Source: an uncultured delta proteobacterium
Lineage (GTDB): Bacteria; Myxococcota_A; UBA9160; SZUA-336
Direction: 5' to 3'
DNA: 64,000 bases
Assembly: GCA_963707945.1 (NCBI GenBank)
Contig: CAVPRM010000002.1
Span: forward strand, 1,212,340-1,276,339
Under the pieces are notes generated by a model. That model was not told where the DNA came from and did not search any database. It worked only from the letters and a program-made list of their open reading frames with translations. Position 1 is the first letter of the stretch. Each line of letters opens with the position of its first letter. Both the position numbers and the translations under genes were made by a program. Positions 56,723 through 64,000 of the stretch are shown here, one piece after another.

Positions 56723-58623
56723 GGCGAGCCCTCCGGGGCCAGCGCCGCGCGGCCCGAGGCGAACGTGCGCGCGCCGGCGAACACGCGGAAGCGCAGGCTC
56801 GCGCCGTCCGGGTCGAGCTCGACCTCCAGGGCGAAGCTCTGCTCCGGCTCGAGCACGTCCCGGAAGCGGACTCCCGACAGCGCGCCCACGCGGCGCGACG
56901 GTCCGACGAGCTCGCGCGCCGCCTGCAGCACCCAGTGGAGCTGCACCACCCCCGCGACCAGCGGCCTGCCCGGGAAGTGGCCCTCGAGGAAGGCGAGCTC
57001 TGCGGGCACGCGCAGCTCGCGCACGAGCTTGCGCAGATCGCGCTGCTCCGAGATCAGCACGGGCTCGCGCACGGGCCCGATTGTCTTCGCTCGGCTGCGC
57101 CTCGCTGCGCGCGGCTGCGCCGCCGACAGCGGCCCGCGGGACGATGTCCCGGGGAGGGGCCTCGCTCGGGACGGCCCTCGCTCGGCCTCGCCATCGTCGA
57201 GCAGCTCGAGCAGCTTCGCCTGCGCGAGCTTGCCCTGCGGGTCGCGCGGCAGCTCGGCCAGGTAGCGCCAGGCGCGCGGCAGGAGCACGCGATCCCAGTA
57301 CCCCGCGAGGTGATCGGCGAGCGCCGCGCCCAGCGCGCGCCGGCCGCTCTCCGCGAGCGCAGTCTGGCCGGCGTCGGACAGGGCGACCACGGCGCCGACC
57401 CGCGCGTCACCGCCCGCGTCGAACGCGACCAGCGCCGCATCCGCGACGAAGGCGTGCGTGCGCAGGTGCGATTCCATCTCGGGCAGCGCGAGCCGCTTCT
57501 CGCCGACCTTCACGATCCGGTCGGCGCGGCCCAGCAGCGCGAACCCGCCGTCGGCGTGGAGCTCGACCCGATCGCCCATCACCAGAGTCTGCGGCTCGCC
57601 GGCGCGCGCTGCCGAGCCGACGCTGACGAACGGCGAGCGCACGACGAGCCGGCTCTCGTCCGGCTCGGCCGCGAGCTCGACGCCGGGGAACGGCTGCCAG
57701 CGCGCGGAGGGCCCCGCCAGCGACTGCGCCCGCCAGGCGACGCCGCCGGTCTCGCTCGAGCCGAAGATCTCGAGCGGCGCCTGGCCGACCAGCCCGGCGA
57801 CGTCGCGCGCCACGTCGTCGTCGAGCGGGCCGCCCGACGAGAAGATCGCGCGGCACCCCGCGCGGAGCCCCGCGAGCTCGGCGTCGGCGCGCATCCGGCG
57901 CAGGTGCACGGGCGTGGTCGCCAGCGCGAAGTCGCCCGCCTCGCGCATGCGCGGGAAGAGCTCCTCGGTGTGCAGGAACGTCTCGGCCGAGAAGGCGCGC
58001 CCCGACGCGAGCGGCCAGAGCACCCGGAACAAGAGGCCGTACAGGTGCTGGTGCGACACGGTCGCGAACACGCTCGCGCGGCCGAGTCGCGCGCCGAACA
58101 GCGCCTCTTGCACGGCCAGCTCGAGATCCAGGTGGCGCAGCGCCTTCGGCACCGCCTTGCCCGGCCCGGTCGTGCCCGAGGTCGAGAGCTCGACCAGCGG
58201 CCGATCCGGATCGAGCGCCTCGAAGCGGACGGCCCCGGTCCCGACCTCGCCCAGCGGGTCGAGCCGCGGCAGGCCGGACAGCTCGTCCTCACCGATCCCC
58301 GGATCGACGAGCGCGCCGTCGGCCTGCGCGGCCAGCTCGGACAGGGTCTGCGGCTGCCGGTTCGGCGCGACCAGCGCCCGCGCGCCCGCGTGCGCGACCG
58401 CGAGCAGGCCCACCGCGAACGCGTAGCTGTCCTCCGAGAAGAGCAGCAGCCGGGCGCTCCGGCGCGCCGCGATCTGGGCCGAGAGCGACCCGACCCGCGC
58501 CGCGAAGTCCGACCAGTCGCGCTCGACGTCCCGCGCGAATGCGACCCGAACGCGCGGATTCCGCCCCCTGCGGAGCAGCTCCGCGAGCGGGATGAAATCG
58601 AGGGCGGCGGCGAGCTCGCTCAC
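56719..58623 (-). CDS. AMP-dependent synthetase/ligase fused to a C-terminal FabZ/ApeI-type hotdog dehydratase
   Basis: TSGTTGPGKAV, FGSSETGG, GRADRIVKVGEKR and the QGKL adenylation cores, then the linker GEAERGPSRARPLPGTSSRGPLSAAQPRAARRSRAK encoded by repeat copy E, then LAFLEGHFPGRPLVAGVVQLHW (hotdog). It is a single 634-codon ORF. Confidence 0.85.
   Translation of the reverse strand: MSELAAALDFIPLAELLRRGRNPRVRVAFARDVERDWSDFAARVGSLSAQIAARRSARLLLFSEDSYAFAVGLLAVAHAGARALVAPNRQPQTLSELAAQADGALVDPGIGEDELSGLPRLDPLGEVGTGAVRFEALDPDRPLVELSTSGTTGPGKAVPKALRHLDLELAVQEALFGARLGRASVFATVSHQHLYGLLFRVLWPLASGRAFSAETFLHTEELFPRMREAGDFALATTPVHLRRMRADAELAGLRAGCRAIFSSGGPLDDDVARDVAGLVGQAPLEIFGSSETGGVAWRAQSLAGPSARWQPFPGVELAAEPDESRLVVRSPFVSVGSAARAGEPQTLVMGDRVELHADGGFALLGRADRIVKVGEKRLALPEMESHLRTHAFVADAALVAFDAGGDARVGAVVALSDAGQTALAESGRRALGAALADHLAGYWDRVLLPRAWRYLAELPRDPQGKLAQAKLLELLDDGEAERGPSRARPLPGTSSRGPLSAAQPRAARRSRAKTIGPVREPVLISEQRDLRKLVRELRVPAELAFLEGHFPGRPLVAGVVQLHWVLQAARELVGPSRRVGALSGVRFRDVLEPEQSFALEVELDPDGASLRFRVFAGARTFASGRAALAPEGSP
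57085..57185 (+). repeat. GC-rich REP/MITE-like repeat, copy E, lying in frame inside a coding sequence
   Basis: CTTCGCTCGGCTGCGCCTCGCTGCGCGC ... GACAGCGGCCCGCGGGACGATGTC (57125-57148) ... CCTCGCTCGGGACGGCCCTCGCTCGG is colinear with copies A and D. Confidence 0.8.
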
Positions 58624-58637
58624 GACGCCGCTCGACC

Positions 58638-58910
58638 TCAGGCGCGCCCTTCGGTCGAGACGCGCTGGTGCACGAGCTCGACGATCTCGCCGATCGTCCG
58701 CATCTGCTCGATGTCGTCGTCGGAGAACGCGAGCCCGGTATCTTCCTCGATCCAGCCCGCCAGCGCGACGCCGTCGAGGCTGTCGAAATCGAGGTCGGTC
58801 CGGAGATCGGTCTGGGCCGAGATCTCCGCTGCATCGACGTCGAACTCGCGCACCAGGATCGCGAGCACTCGCGCCTGGATGTCCTGCTTGGAGCTCTGTT
58901 GGAGCGACAC
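58638..58910 (-). CDS. acyl carrier protein
   Basis: 90 aa. The DLDFDSLDGVAL motif carries the phosphopantetheine Ser. GTG start after AGGAGA. Confidence 0.85.
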   Translation of the reverse strand: MSLQQSSKQDIQARVLAILVREFDVDAAEISAQTDLRTDLDFDSLDGVALAGWIEEDTGLAFSDDDIEQMRTIGEIVELVHQRVSTEGRA

Positions 58911-58930
58911 GCTCTTCTCCTGCGAGCCGC

Positions 58931-59200
58931 CTAGTGAGATAGCTGTGAATTCACGAACTCGGCGAGGCTGCGCACCGAGGCGAAGATGCGCCGGTTCTCG
59001 TCGGGATCATCCTCGATCTTGACACCGAAGCGCTCCTCGAGCGCCATCGCGAGCTCGAGCGCGTCGATCGAGTCGAGCCCGAGCCCCTCGACGAAGAGCG
59101 GCGCCTCGCTCTCGATCTCGTCGGGCGCGATGTCCTCCAGCACGAGCGCCTCCACGATCAGGCGCTTCAGCTCCGACTCCAGCCCGTTAATCCGCGGCAT
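58931..59200 (-). CDS. acyl carrier protein
   Basis: 89 aa with the GLGLDSIDALEL motif. The start overlaps the upstream acyltransferase stop by 14 nt. Confidence 0.88.
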   Translation of the reverse strand: MPRINGLESELKRLIVEALVLEDIAPDEIESEAPLFVEGLGLDSIDALELAMALEERFGVKIEDDPDENRRIFASVRSLAEFVNSQLSH

Positions 59201-59999
59201 CCGTACTCTCCGTGAGTTCTCTAGCGAATCGCGCGCGCAGCGCGCGGGTCAGTTTGCGCGCGGCGAGCACCGTCGACTCCCCGCCGTCCAGATGTTCCTT
59301 CGCGACGACCGGCTCTCCCACCCGGACGGTGTAGACCCCCCGGCTCGGAGGAACGTGATACCACGGAAGGCCCTTCATCAGCATGCGGGGCGAAACTTCG
59401 ATCTCGATCGGGAGCATATCCAAGCCCGTCGCGAGCGCGACGTGGGCGGCCCCGCGCTGGAAGCGGCCCAGGCCGGCCTCGGGGCTCCGCGTGCCCTCCG
59501 GGAAGACCAGGAGCGTTCGACCTTCGCGCAACCTTCGCGCCGCCTCGCGGACCACGTCGGCTCCGGAGTCGTTGGCGATGTAGTCCGCGGCCCGGATCGC
59601 CCCGCGCAGCCAGCGGTTCTCCGCGCGCGAGCTGGCGACGATGCAGTCGGCCTGCGGCAGGTGCGAGACGATCAGCTCCACGTCGATCAGCGACGGGTGA
59701 TTGGCCACGATGATGCGGGGCCGATCACCGGCGAGGCGCTCCACGTCGACCCAGTGCACCTCGATCACGCCCAGCACCTGCATCAGGCGCACGTGGAGCC
59801 GGTACATGCGGTGGATCGCGCGCTGCGCTAGGCGCCAGGGCTCTGCGCTCGGCGGGTCGACGAGCTTGCGCAGCGGGAGCCAGACCAGCGAGAGCCAGAC
59901 GCTCCACAGGCCGAACGTGACGAATGCGAACCCCGTCGCCGGCGTGCGCCACGCCTTCGAGACCCAGCCCAGCCACCGCGGGCGCGATCGCGAACGCAT
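59187..59999 (-). CDS. lysophospholipid (PlsC-type, 1-acylglycerol-3-phosphate-like) acyltransferase
   Basis: Last 271 codons of ORF 59187-62027. It has an N-terminal TM segment, the HxxxxD box (ANHPSLID) and FPEGTRS. Confidence 0.85.
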   Translation of the reverse strand: MRSRSRPRWLGWVSKAWRTPATGFAFVTFGLWSVWLSLVWLPLRKLVDPPSAEPWRLAQRAIHRMYRLHVRLMQVLGVIEVHWVDVERLAGDRPRIIVANHPSLIDVELIVSHLPQADCIVASSRAENRWLRGAIRAADYIANDSGADVVREAARRLREGRTLLVFPEGTRSPEAGLGRFQRGAAHVALATGLDMLPIEIEVSPRMLMKGLPWYHVPPSRGVYTVRVGEPVVAKEHLDGGESTVLAARKLTRALRARFARELTESTDAAD

Positions 60000-60103
60000 C
60001 CCCCTGCGTAACCTCCCTCGACCCCCGACGAAGGCGCGAGCCGGAGCGAGTCTAACACCGCCCTCTTCGCGCTGTAAACGAGCGCCGCTGAAAGGAAAGG
60101 CGG

Positions 60104-60523
60104 CTACTGCGTAGCGGGATCGTAGAGGACTTCGATCACCGTGAGGGCTCCGTTGTACTTGTTCCTCGAGAACGTGATCTGGCCCTTGCCCTTGTACGTC
60201 CAGCCTTCGCGCGAGGCCTCGGTGCCGAAGTAGTACGGCATGAAGGTCTTCGCGCTCGGGTAGGCGTGGGTCGCCGTCGGCGCGCCGAGGATCTGCTTCA
60301 CCTGAGCGTCGGTCATGTCGTACTTCACCTTCTCGAAGGGGTGACCCTTCGGGATCGGCTTGGTGCTGGCGGCCTGGGCCGCGTCCTGACCGGGTTGCGC
60401 CGCGGGCGCCGGGGCCGAGCTGGACGAGTTGGACGCGCTGGACGAACCGCGGTTCGCGCAGCCAGCCAGACCGACGAGAGCGAACACGGCGACGAGCGAT
60501 CGAACCGACTTCGTGCGAGACAA
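60104..60523 (-). CDS. lipoprotein, function unknown (BamE/SmpA_OmlA-like core possible)
   Basis: TTG start and lipobox LVGLAG-C, then a Ser/Ala/Pro-rich linker, then YDMTDAQVKQILGAPT... Confidence 0.7.
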   Translation of the reverse strand: MSRTKSVRSLVAVFALVGLAGCANRGSSSASNSSSSAPAPAAQPGQDAAQAASTKPIPKGHPFEKVKYDMTDAQVKQILGAPTATHAYPSAKTFMPYYFGTEASREGWTYKGKGQITFSRNKYNGALTVIEVLYDPATQ

Positions 60524-60593
60524 TGCGGGCTCCTTCTCCCGGGGGGCGCGCCCAGCTTAGCGCGCACGTTGCGCTTTGTTTACTCCTACTCGC

Positions 60594-62132
60594 ATGAGCT
60601 TTGCATCGATCGAGATCGGTTCGGCTCCGCAGACCCTCGACAACCTGCTGGCCCTCGCGCGCGGCCACGTGCGGCCGGTGCTGTCGAATCGCGCCCAGTA
60701 CCGCGCCCGGCTCGACGCCGAGCACGCCGCCGTCGCGCGCGCACTCGCGCGCGGCGAGCGGGTCTACGGCGTCTCGACGGGAGTGGGCGCGTCGGTCGGG
60801 AACGCCGTCGAGGCGGAGTTCCGCTCCGACCTGGTCCACAACCTGTTCCGGATGCTCGGCACCGGGGTGGGCGCGCCGCTGCCCGAGCTCGGCGCCGCGG
60901 CCGTCGTGACGGCGCGGCTGGTCTCGCTCGCCGCGGGCCACTCGGGAATCCGACCGCTGGTGCTCGAGCGGCTGGCGGAGCTCCTCGAAGCCCGCTGCCT
61001 GCCGCGGATCCCCGAGTGCGGCTCGGTCGGCGCGAGCGGCGATCTCGCCCCGCTCTCCTACATCGCGAGCATGCTCGCCGGCGAGGGCGAGGTGACCCTG
61101 CGCGGCCGGCCGACCGACGCGCTGAAGGCGCACCAGCTCTTGCGGCTCGAGCCGCTCCGCTTCGAGCCGAAGGAGACGCTCTCGCTCGTGAACGGGACCA
61201 GCTTCATGACCGGGCTCGGGGCGCTCGCCTGGGAGCGCGCGGCCGAGCTCGCGCAGGTCGGCTGCGCGATCACCGCGATGGCCAGCGAGGCGACCCGCGG
61301 GAATCCGCGCCACTTCGACTCGCGGATCAGCGAGTGGAAGCCGCACGCCGGACAGATCCTGGCGTCCGAGTGGATTCGCACGCACCTCGAGTACCACTCC
61401 GGCAAGCCGATCCCGGCGCCCGCGCGGCTGCAGGACCGCTACTCGATCCGCTGTGCGCCGTCGGTCCTCGGGGTGCTGATCGAGGCCAGCGAGATCGCGC
61501 GCGGGATCCTCGAGATCGAGCTGAACGGCGCCAACGACAACCCGCTGGTCGACCCCGACACCGGCGAGATCCTGCACGGCGGGAACTTCTACGGCGGGCA
61601 CCTGTGCTTCGCGCTCGACGGGCTGAAGAGCGCGGTCGCCAGCGTCGCCGACCTGATCGACCGCCAGGTCGCCCTGCTCTGCCGGCCCGAGACCAGCGAG
61701 GGCCTGCCCGCCGAGCTGATCTCGCTGGAAGGACCGGGCGGGTTCGCGCACCACGGCTTCAAGGGCATGCAGGTCACCGCGTCCGCGCTGACGGCCGAGG
61801 CGCTGAAGCTGACCATGCCCGCCGCCGCGTTCAGCCGCAGCACCGAGTCGCACAACCAGGACAAAGTCTCGATGGGCGCGATCGCCGCGCGCGACTGCCT
61901 GCGCGTCCTCGACCTCTCCGAGGCCGTGGTCGCGATCGGGCTGCTCGCGGTGTGCCAGTGCGTGGATCTGCGCGGCGGCGCGCCGAGCCGGCAGAGCCGG
62001 CGCCTGCACGAAGCGGTGCGCAAGCACGTGCCGGCGCTGCGCGGCGACCGGCGCCAGGACTCGGACATCGCGCGGGTGGTCGAGCTGGTGCGCTCGGGCT
62101 CGCTGCCGCTGGCCTCGCGCGCCGCTTCATGA
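60594..62132 (+). CDS. MIO-dependent aromatic amino acid ammonia-lyase (HAL/TAL/PAL family)
   Basis: The MIO-forming triad is in GSVGASGDLAPLSY, with YGVSTGVG and NGANDNPLV motifs. ATG 60594. The stop overlaps the next start (ATGA). Confidence 0.88.
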   Translation: MSFASIEIGSAPQTLDNLLALARGHVRPVLSNRAQYRARLDAEHAAVARALARGERVYGVSTGVGASVGNAVEAEFRSDLVHNLFRMLGTGVGAPLPELGAAAVVTARLVSLAAGHSGIRPLVLERLAELLEARCLPRIPECGSVGASGDLAPLSYIASMLAGEGEVTLRGRPTDALKAHQLLRLEPLRFEPKETLSLVNGTSFMTGLGALAWERAAELAQVGCAITAMASEATRGNPRHFDSRISEWKPHAGQILASEWIRTHLEYHSGKPIPAPARLQDRYSIRCAPSVLGVLIEASEIARGILEIELNGANDNPLVDPDTGEILHGGNFYGGHLCFALDGLKSAVASVADLIDRQVALLCRPETSEGLPAELISLEGPGGFAHHGFKGMQVTASALTAEALKLTMPAAAFSRSTESHNQDKVSMGAIAARDCLRVLDLSEAVVAIGLLAVCQCVDLRGGAPSRQSRRLHEAVRKHVPALRGDRRQDSDIARVVELVRSGSLPLASRAAS

Positions 62133-62788
62133 GCTTGCGCCGGGCCTGTCTCGCGCTGCTGGCGCTGGCGGCGCTCGGCGCCGAGCCCGCGGCTCCGCCG
62201 CAACCGGCCGGGCCGCCGCCCGGCACGATCACGCTCGACGACCTGCTCGCGCACATGGCGACGACGAGCGGAGTGGTCGCCGAGTTCCGCGAGATCAAGA
62301 CGCTGAAGCTCCTCGACGCGCCGCTCGAGACGCGCGGCACGGTCTACTACGCGCCGCCCGACCGCCTGGCGCGCGTGACCCGCGAGCCGGCCCAGACGCG
62401 GCTCATCCTCGACGGCGGCCACATGCGCTACCAGGACGCCGCCGGCGCGCGCGATGTGGACCTCGCGAGCAACCCGGTCGCGCGCGCGTTCGCCGACAAC
62501 CTGATCGTGCTCTGGCGCGGCGACAAGGCGGCGCTCGAGAAGATCTACGCGCTCGACTTCCGCGCCGACGGCTCGCGCTGGCAGCTCGAGCTGACGCCGA
62601 AGAGCTCGCCGCTCGACCGCTTCGTGCGCGCGATCGAGCTGCGCGGTGAGGGCGCCGCGATGCGCGAGATGGAGGTCCTCGAGTCGGACGGCGACAAGAC
62701 CCAGACCCTCTTCGAGAAGACCGACGTCGCGCACAGCTTCGGCGAGGAAGAGGCGCGCGCGATCTTCGGCGCGCGGCCGGCGCCGTGA
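62129..62788 (+). CDS. LolA-like outer-membrane lipoprotein carrier family protein
   Basis: Signal peptide MSLRRACLALLALAALGA. FREIKTLKLLDAPLETRGTVYYAPPDRLARV ... WQLELTPKS is the typical LolA-related protein of APE clusters. Confidence 0.75.
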   Translation: MSLRRACLALLALAALGAEPAAPPQPAGPPPGTITLDDLLAHMATTSGVVAEFREIKTLKLLDAPLETRGTVYYAPPDRLARVTREPAQTRLILDGGHMRYQDAAGARDVDLASNPVARAFADNLIVLWRGDKAALEKIYALDFRADGSRWQLELTPKSSPLDRFVRAIELRGEGAAMREMEVLESDGDKTQTLFEKTDVAHSFGEEEARAIFGARPAP

Positions 62789-64000
62789 ATCGCGCCGCGC
62801 GGCTCGCGGCCTGGGCCGTGCTCTCCGCCGCGCTGCTCGCCTACAGCGCGGCGCACCTCGAGTTCTCCACCGACATCACGAACTTCCTGCCCGACGGCGA
62901 GGGCGCCGAGCTGGCGCAGATCTCGCGCGAGCTCACCCGGAGCGAGCTGACCCGCACGGTGGTGCTCTCGATCGGCGCGGACGACCCGGCCGTGGCCCGC
63001 GCGGCCGCGCGCGAGCTGGCCGAGACGCTGCGCGCGAACCCGGAGGTCGCCTGGCTGCGCGCCGGCGCGGACCCGGAGTTCCTGCGCGGTGTGTACGAGC
63101 TCTACTTCCCGCGCCGGATGTACTTCCTGTCGGACGCGCCGGAGACCGAGCTCCCCGGCCGACTCTCGGACGAGGGGCTGCGGGCGCAGGCGCAGGCGGT
63201 GCGGGCGAGCCTCGCGCTGCCGACCTCGCCGCTCATGAAGCAGATCGTCCCGGAGGATCCGCTCGGCGCGCTCGAGCGCCAGCTCGCGCGGCTCACGGCG
63301 GGCGAGCCGCCGCTCGTGACGCGCGACGGCGTCTTCACGACCGCGGACGGACGCTTCGCGGTGCTGGTCCTGGCCACGCGCCACTCCGCGTTCGACTCCG
63401 CGGCGCAGGCGCCGCTGCTCGACGCGATCGCCGCGAAAGTTCGCCGAGCTGCGCGCGCGGCTCGGCGGGAACCTCGTCCTCGAGCAGAGCGGCGCAAACC
63501 GCTTCGCCGTCGACGCCGAGCGCCAGATCCGCTTCGACGCCTCGTGGATCTCCGCGCTCTCGTTCGCGGGCGTCACCGCGCTCACCTACGTGTTCTTCCG
63601 CTCGCCCCTGTCGCTGCTCCTGGTGATGATGCCCGGCACGTTCGGACTGCTCGTGGCGATGGCGCTCGGCATCGCCGTGTTCGGCAAGCTCGACGGGATG
63701 ACGCTCGCGTTCGGCGGGTCGCTGATCGGCGTCACCGTCGACTACCCGACCCACCAGCTCATCCTGTGGAGCCTCTCGGAGCGCAACGAGTCCGCCTGGC
63801 AGCTCTCGCGCCGGCTCGGCGCTTCGCTCGTGATGGCGGCGCTCACGACGATCGCGAGCTTCGCGGGCATGGCCTTCACCTCGTTCCCCGGCTTCCGCGA
63901 GCTGGGGCTGTTCTCGACGGTCGGCGTGGGCGCGGCCGTGCTCGCCTCGCTGTTCATGCTGCCCGACCTGTTGCCGCGGCGGCGCCGCGTGCTGCCCGCC
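62785..64000 (+). pseudogene. MMPL/RND-type exporter (partial, continues past window), frameshift near 63437
   Basis: GTG 62785 overlaps the LolA-like stop (GTGA). It has an N-terminal TM helix plus a periplasmic domain. After ...LLDAIAAK the frame changes (aaa-g-ttc) to FAELRARLGGNLVLEQSG...FFRSPLSLLLVMMPGTFGLLVAMALG...VTVDYPTH...SFPGFRELGLFS. Confidence 0.8.

Noticed and set aside
1463-57185. The possibility that the recurring ~100-bp elements form a CRISPR array
   Set aside because: The copies are 5-30 kb apart rather than regularly spaced with short spacers. One is inverted, and no cas genes are present. They fit REP/MITE-like dispersed repeats instead.
56096-59022. Long plus-strand ORFs 56096-57265, 56515-59022 and 57458-58426
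   Set aside because: They are antisense to the GT2, AMP-ligase::dehydratase and ACP genes. Their translations are low-complexity, and the minus-strand genes carry clear catalytic motifs.
59187-62027. 946-aa minus-strand ORF
   Set aside because: Only the C-terminal 270 codons (PlsC-type acyltransferase, 59187-59999) are coding. The remainder is antisense to the lipoprotein gap and the ammonia-lyase gene.

Overview
This is a very GC-rich (by eye about 70% or more, not computed), gene-dense chromosomal segment. It appears to come from a Gram-negative-type bacterium, given the LolA-like carrier, MMPL exporter, lipoproteins and a PEP-CTERM-like anchor. The enzyme repertoire (acyl-CoA dehydrogenases, CaiB-type CoA-transferase, LLM/PPOX oxidoreductases, P450, several TetR regulators) resembles Myxococcota- or Binatota-like lineages, but that is inference only. 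I can support about 60 protein-coding genes. I found no rRNA, tRNA, CRISPR array, transposase or integrase. Many long ORFs in the six-frame track are antisense or shadow ORFs of the GC-rich coding strand and were ignored.

Main points:
1. The right end (51.6-64 kb, continuing past the window) is an aryl-polyene/flexirubin/xanthomonadin-type type II PKS lipid-pigment cluster. It carries an MIO ammonia-lyase, a flavin-dependent halogenase, two ACPs, KR, DH, two acyltransferases, GT2, LolA-like and MMPL genes. Its KS/CLF pair lies about 5 kb away (44.7-46.6 kb) in a separate operon.
2. A roughly 100-bp GC-rich REP/MITE-like element with a central 24-nt palindrome occurs five times. One copy lies in frame inside the AMP-ligase::dehydratase gene of the pigment cluster.
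3. A tightly coupled operon (27.9-32.0 kb) encodes threonine dehydratase, P450, a divergent DUF692/MNIO-like enzyme and a partner with an RRE-like C-terminus. No precursor peptide gene is visible.
4. At least 16 single-base frame disruptions hit about 12 otherwise well-conserved genes. This suggests assembly indels rather than true decay, but I cannot decide that from sequence alone.

All family assignments come from motif recognition by eye; no database search was possible.
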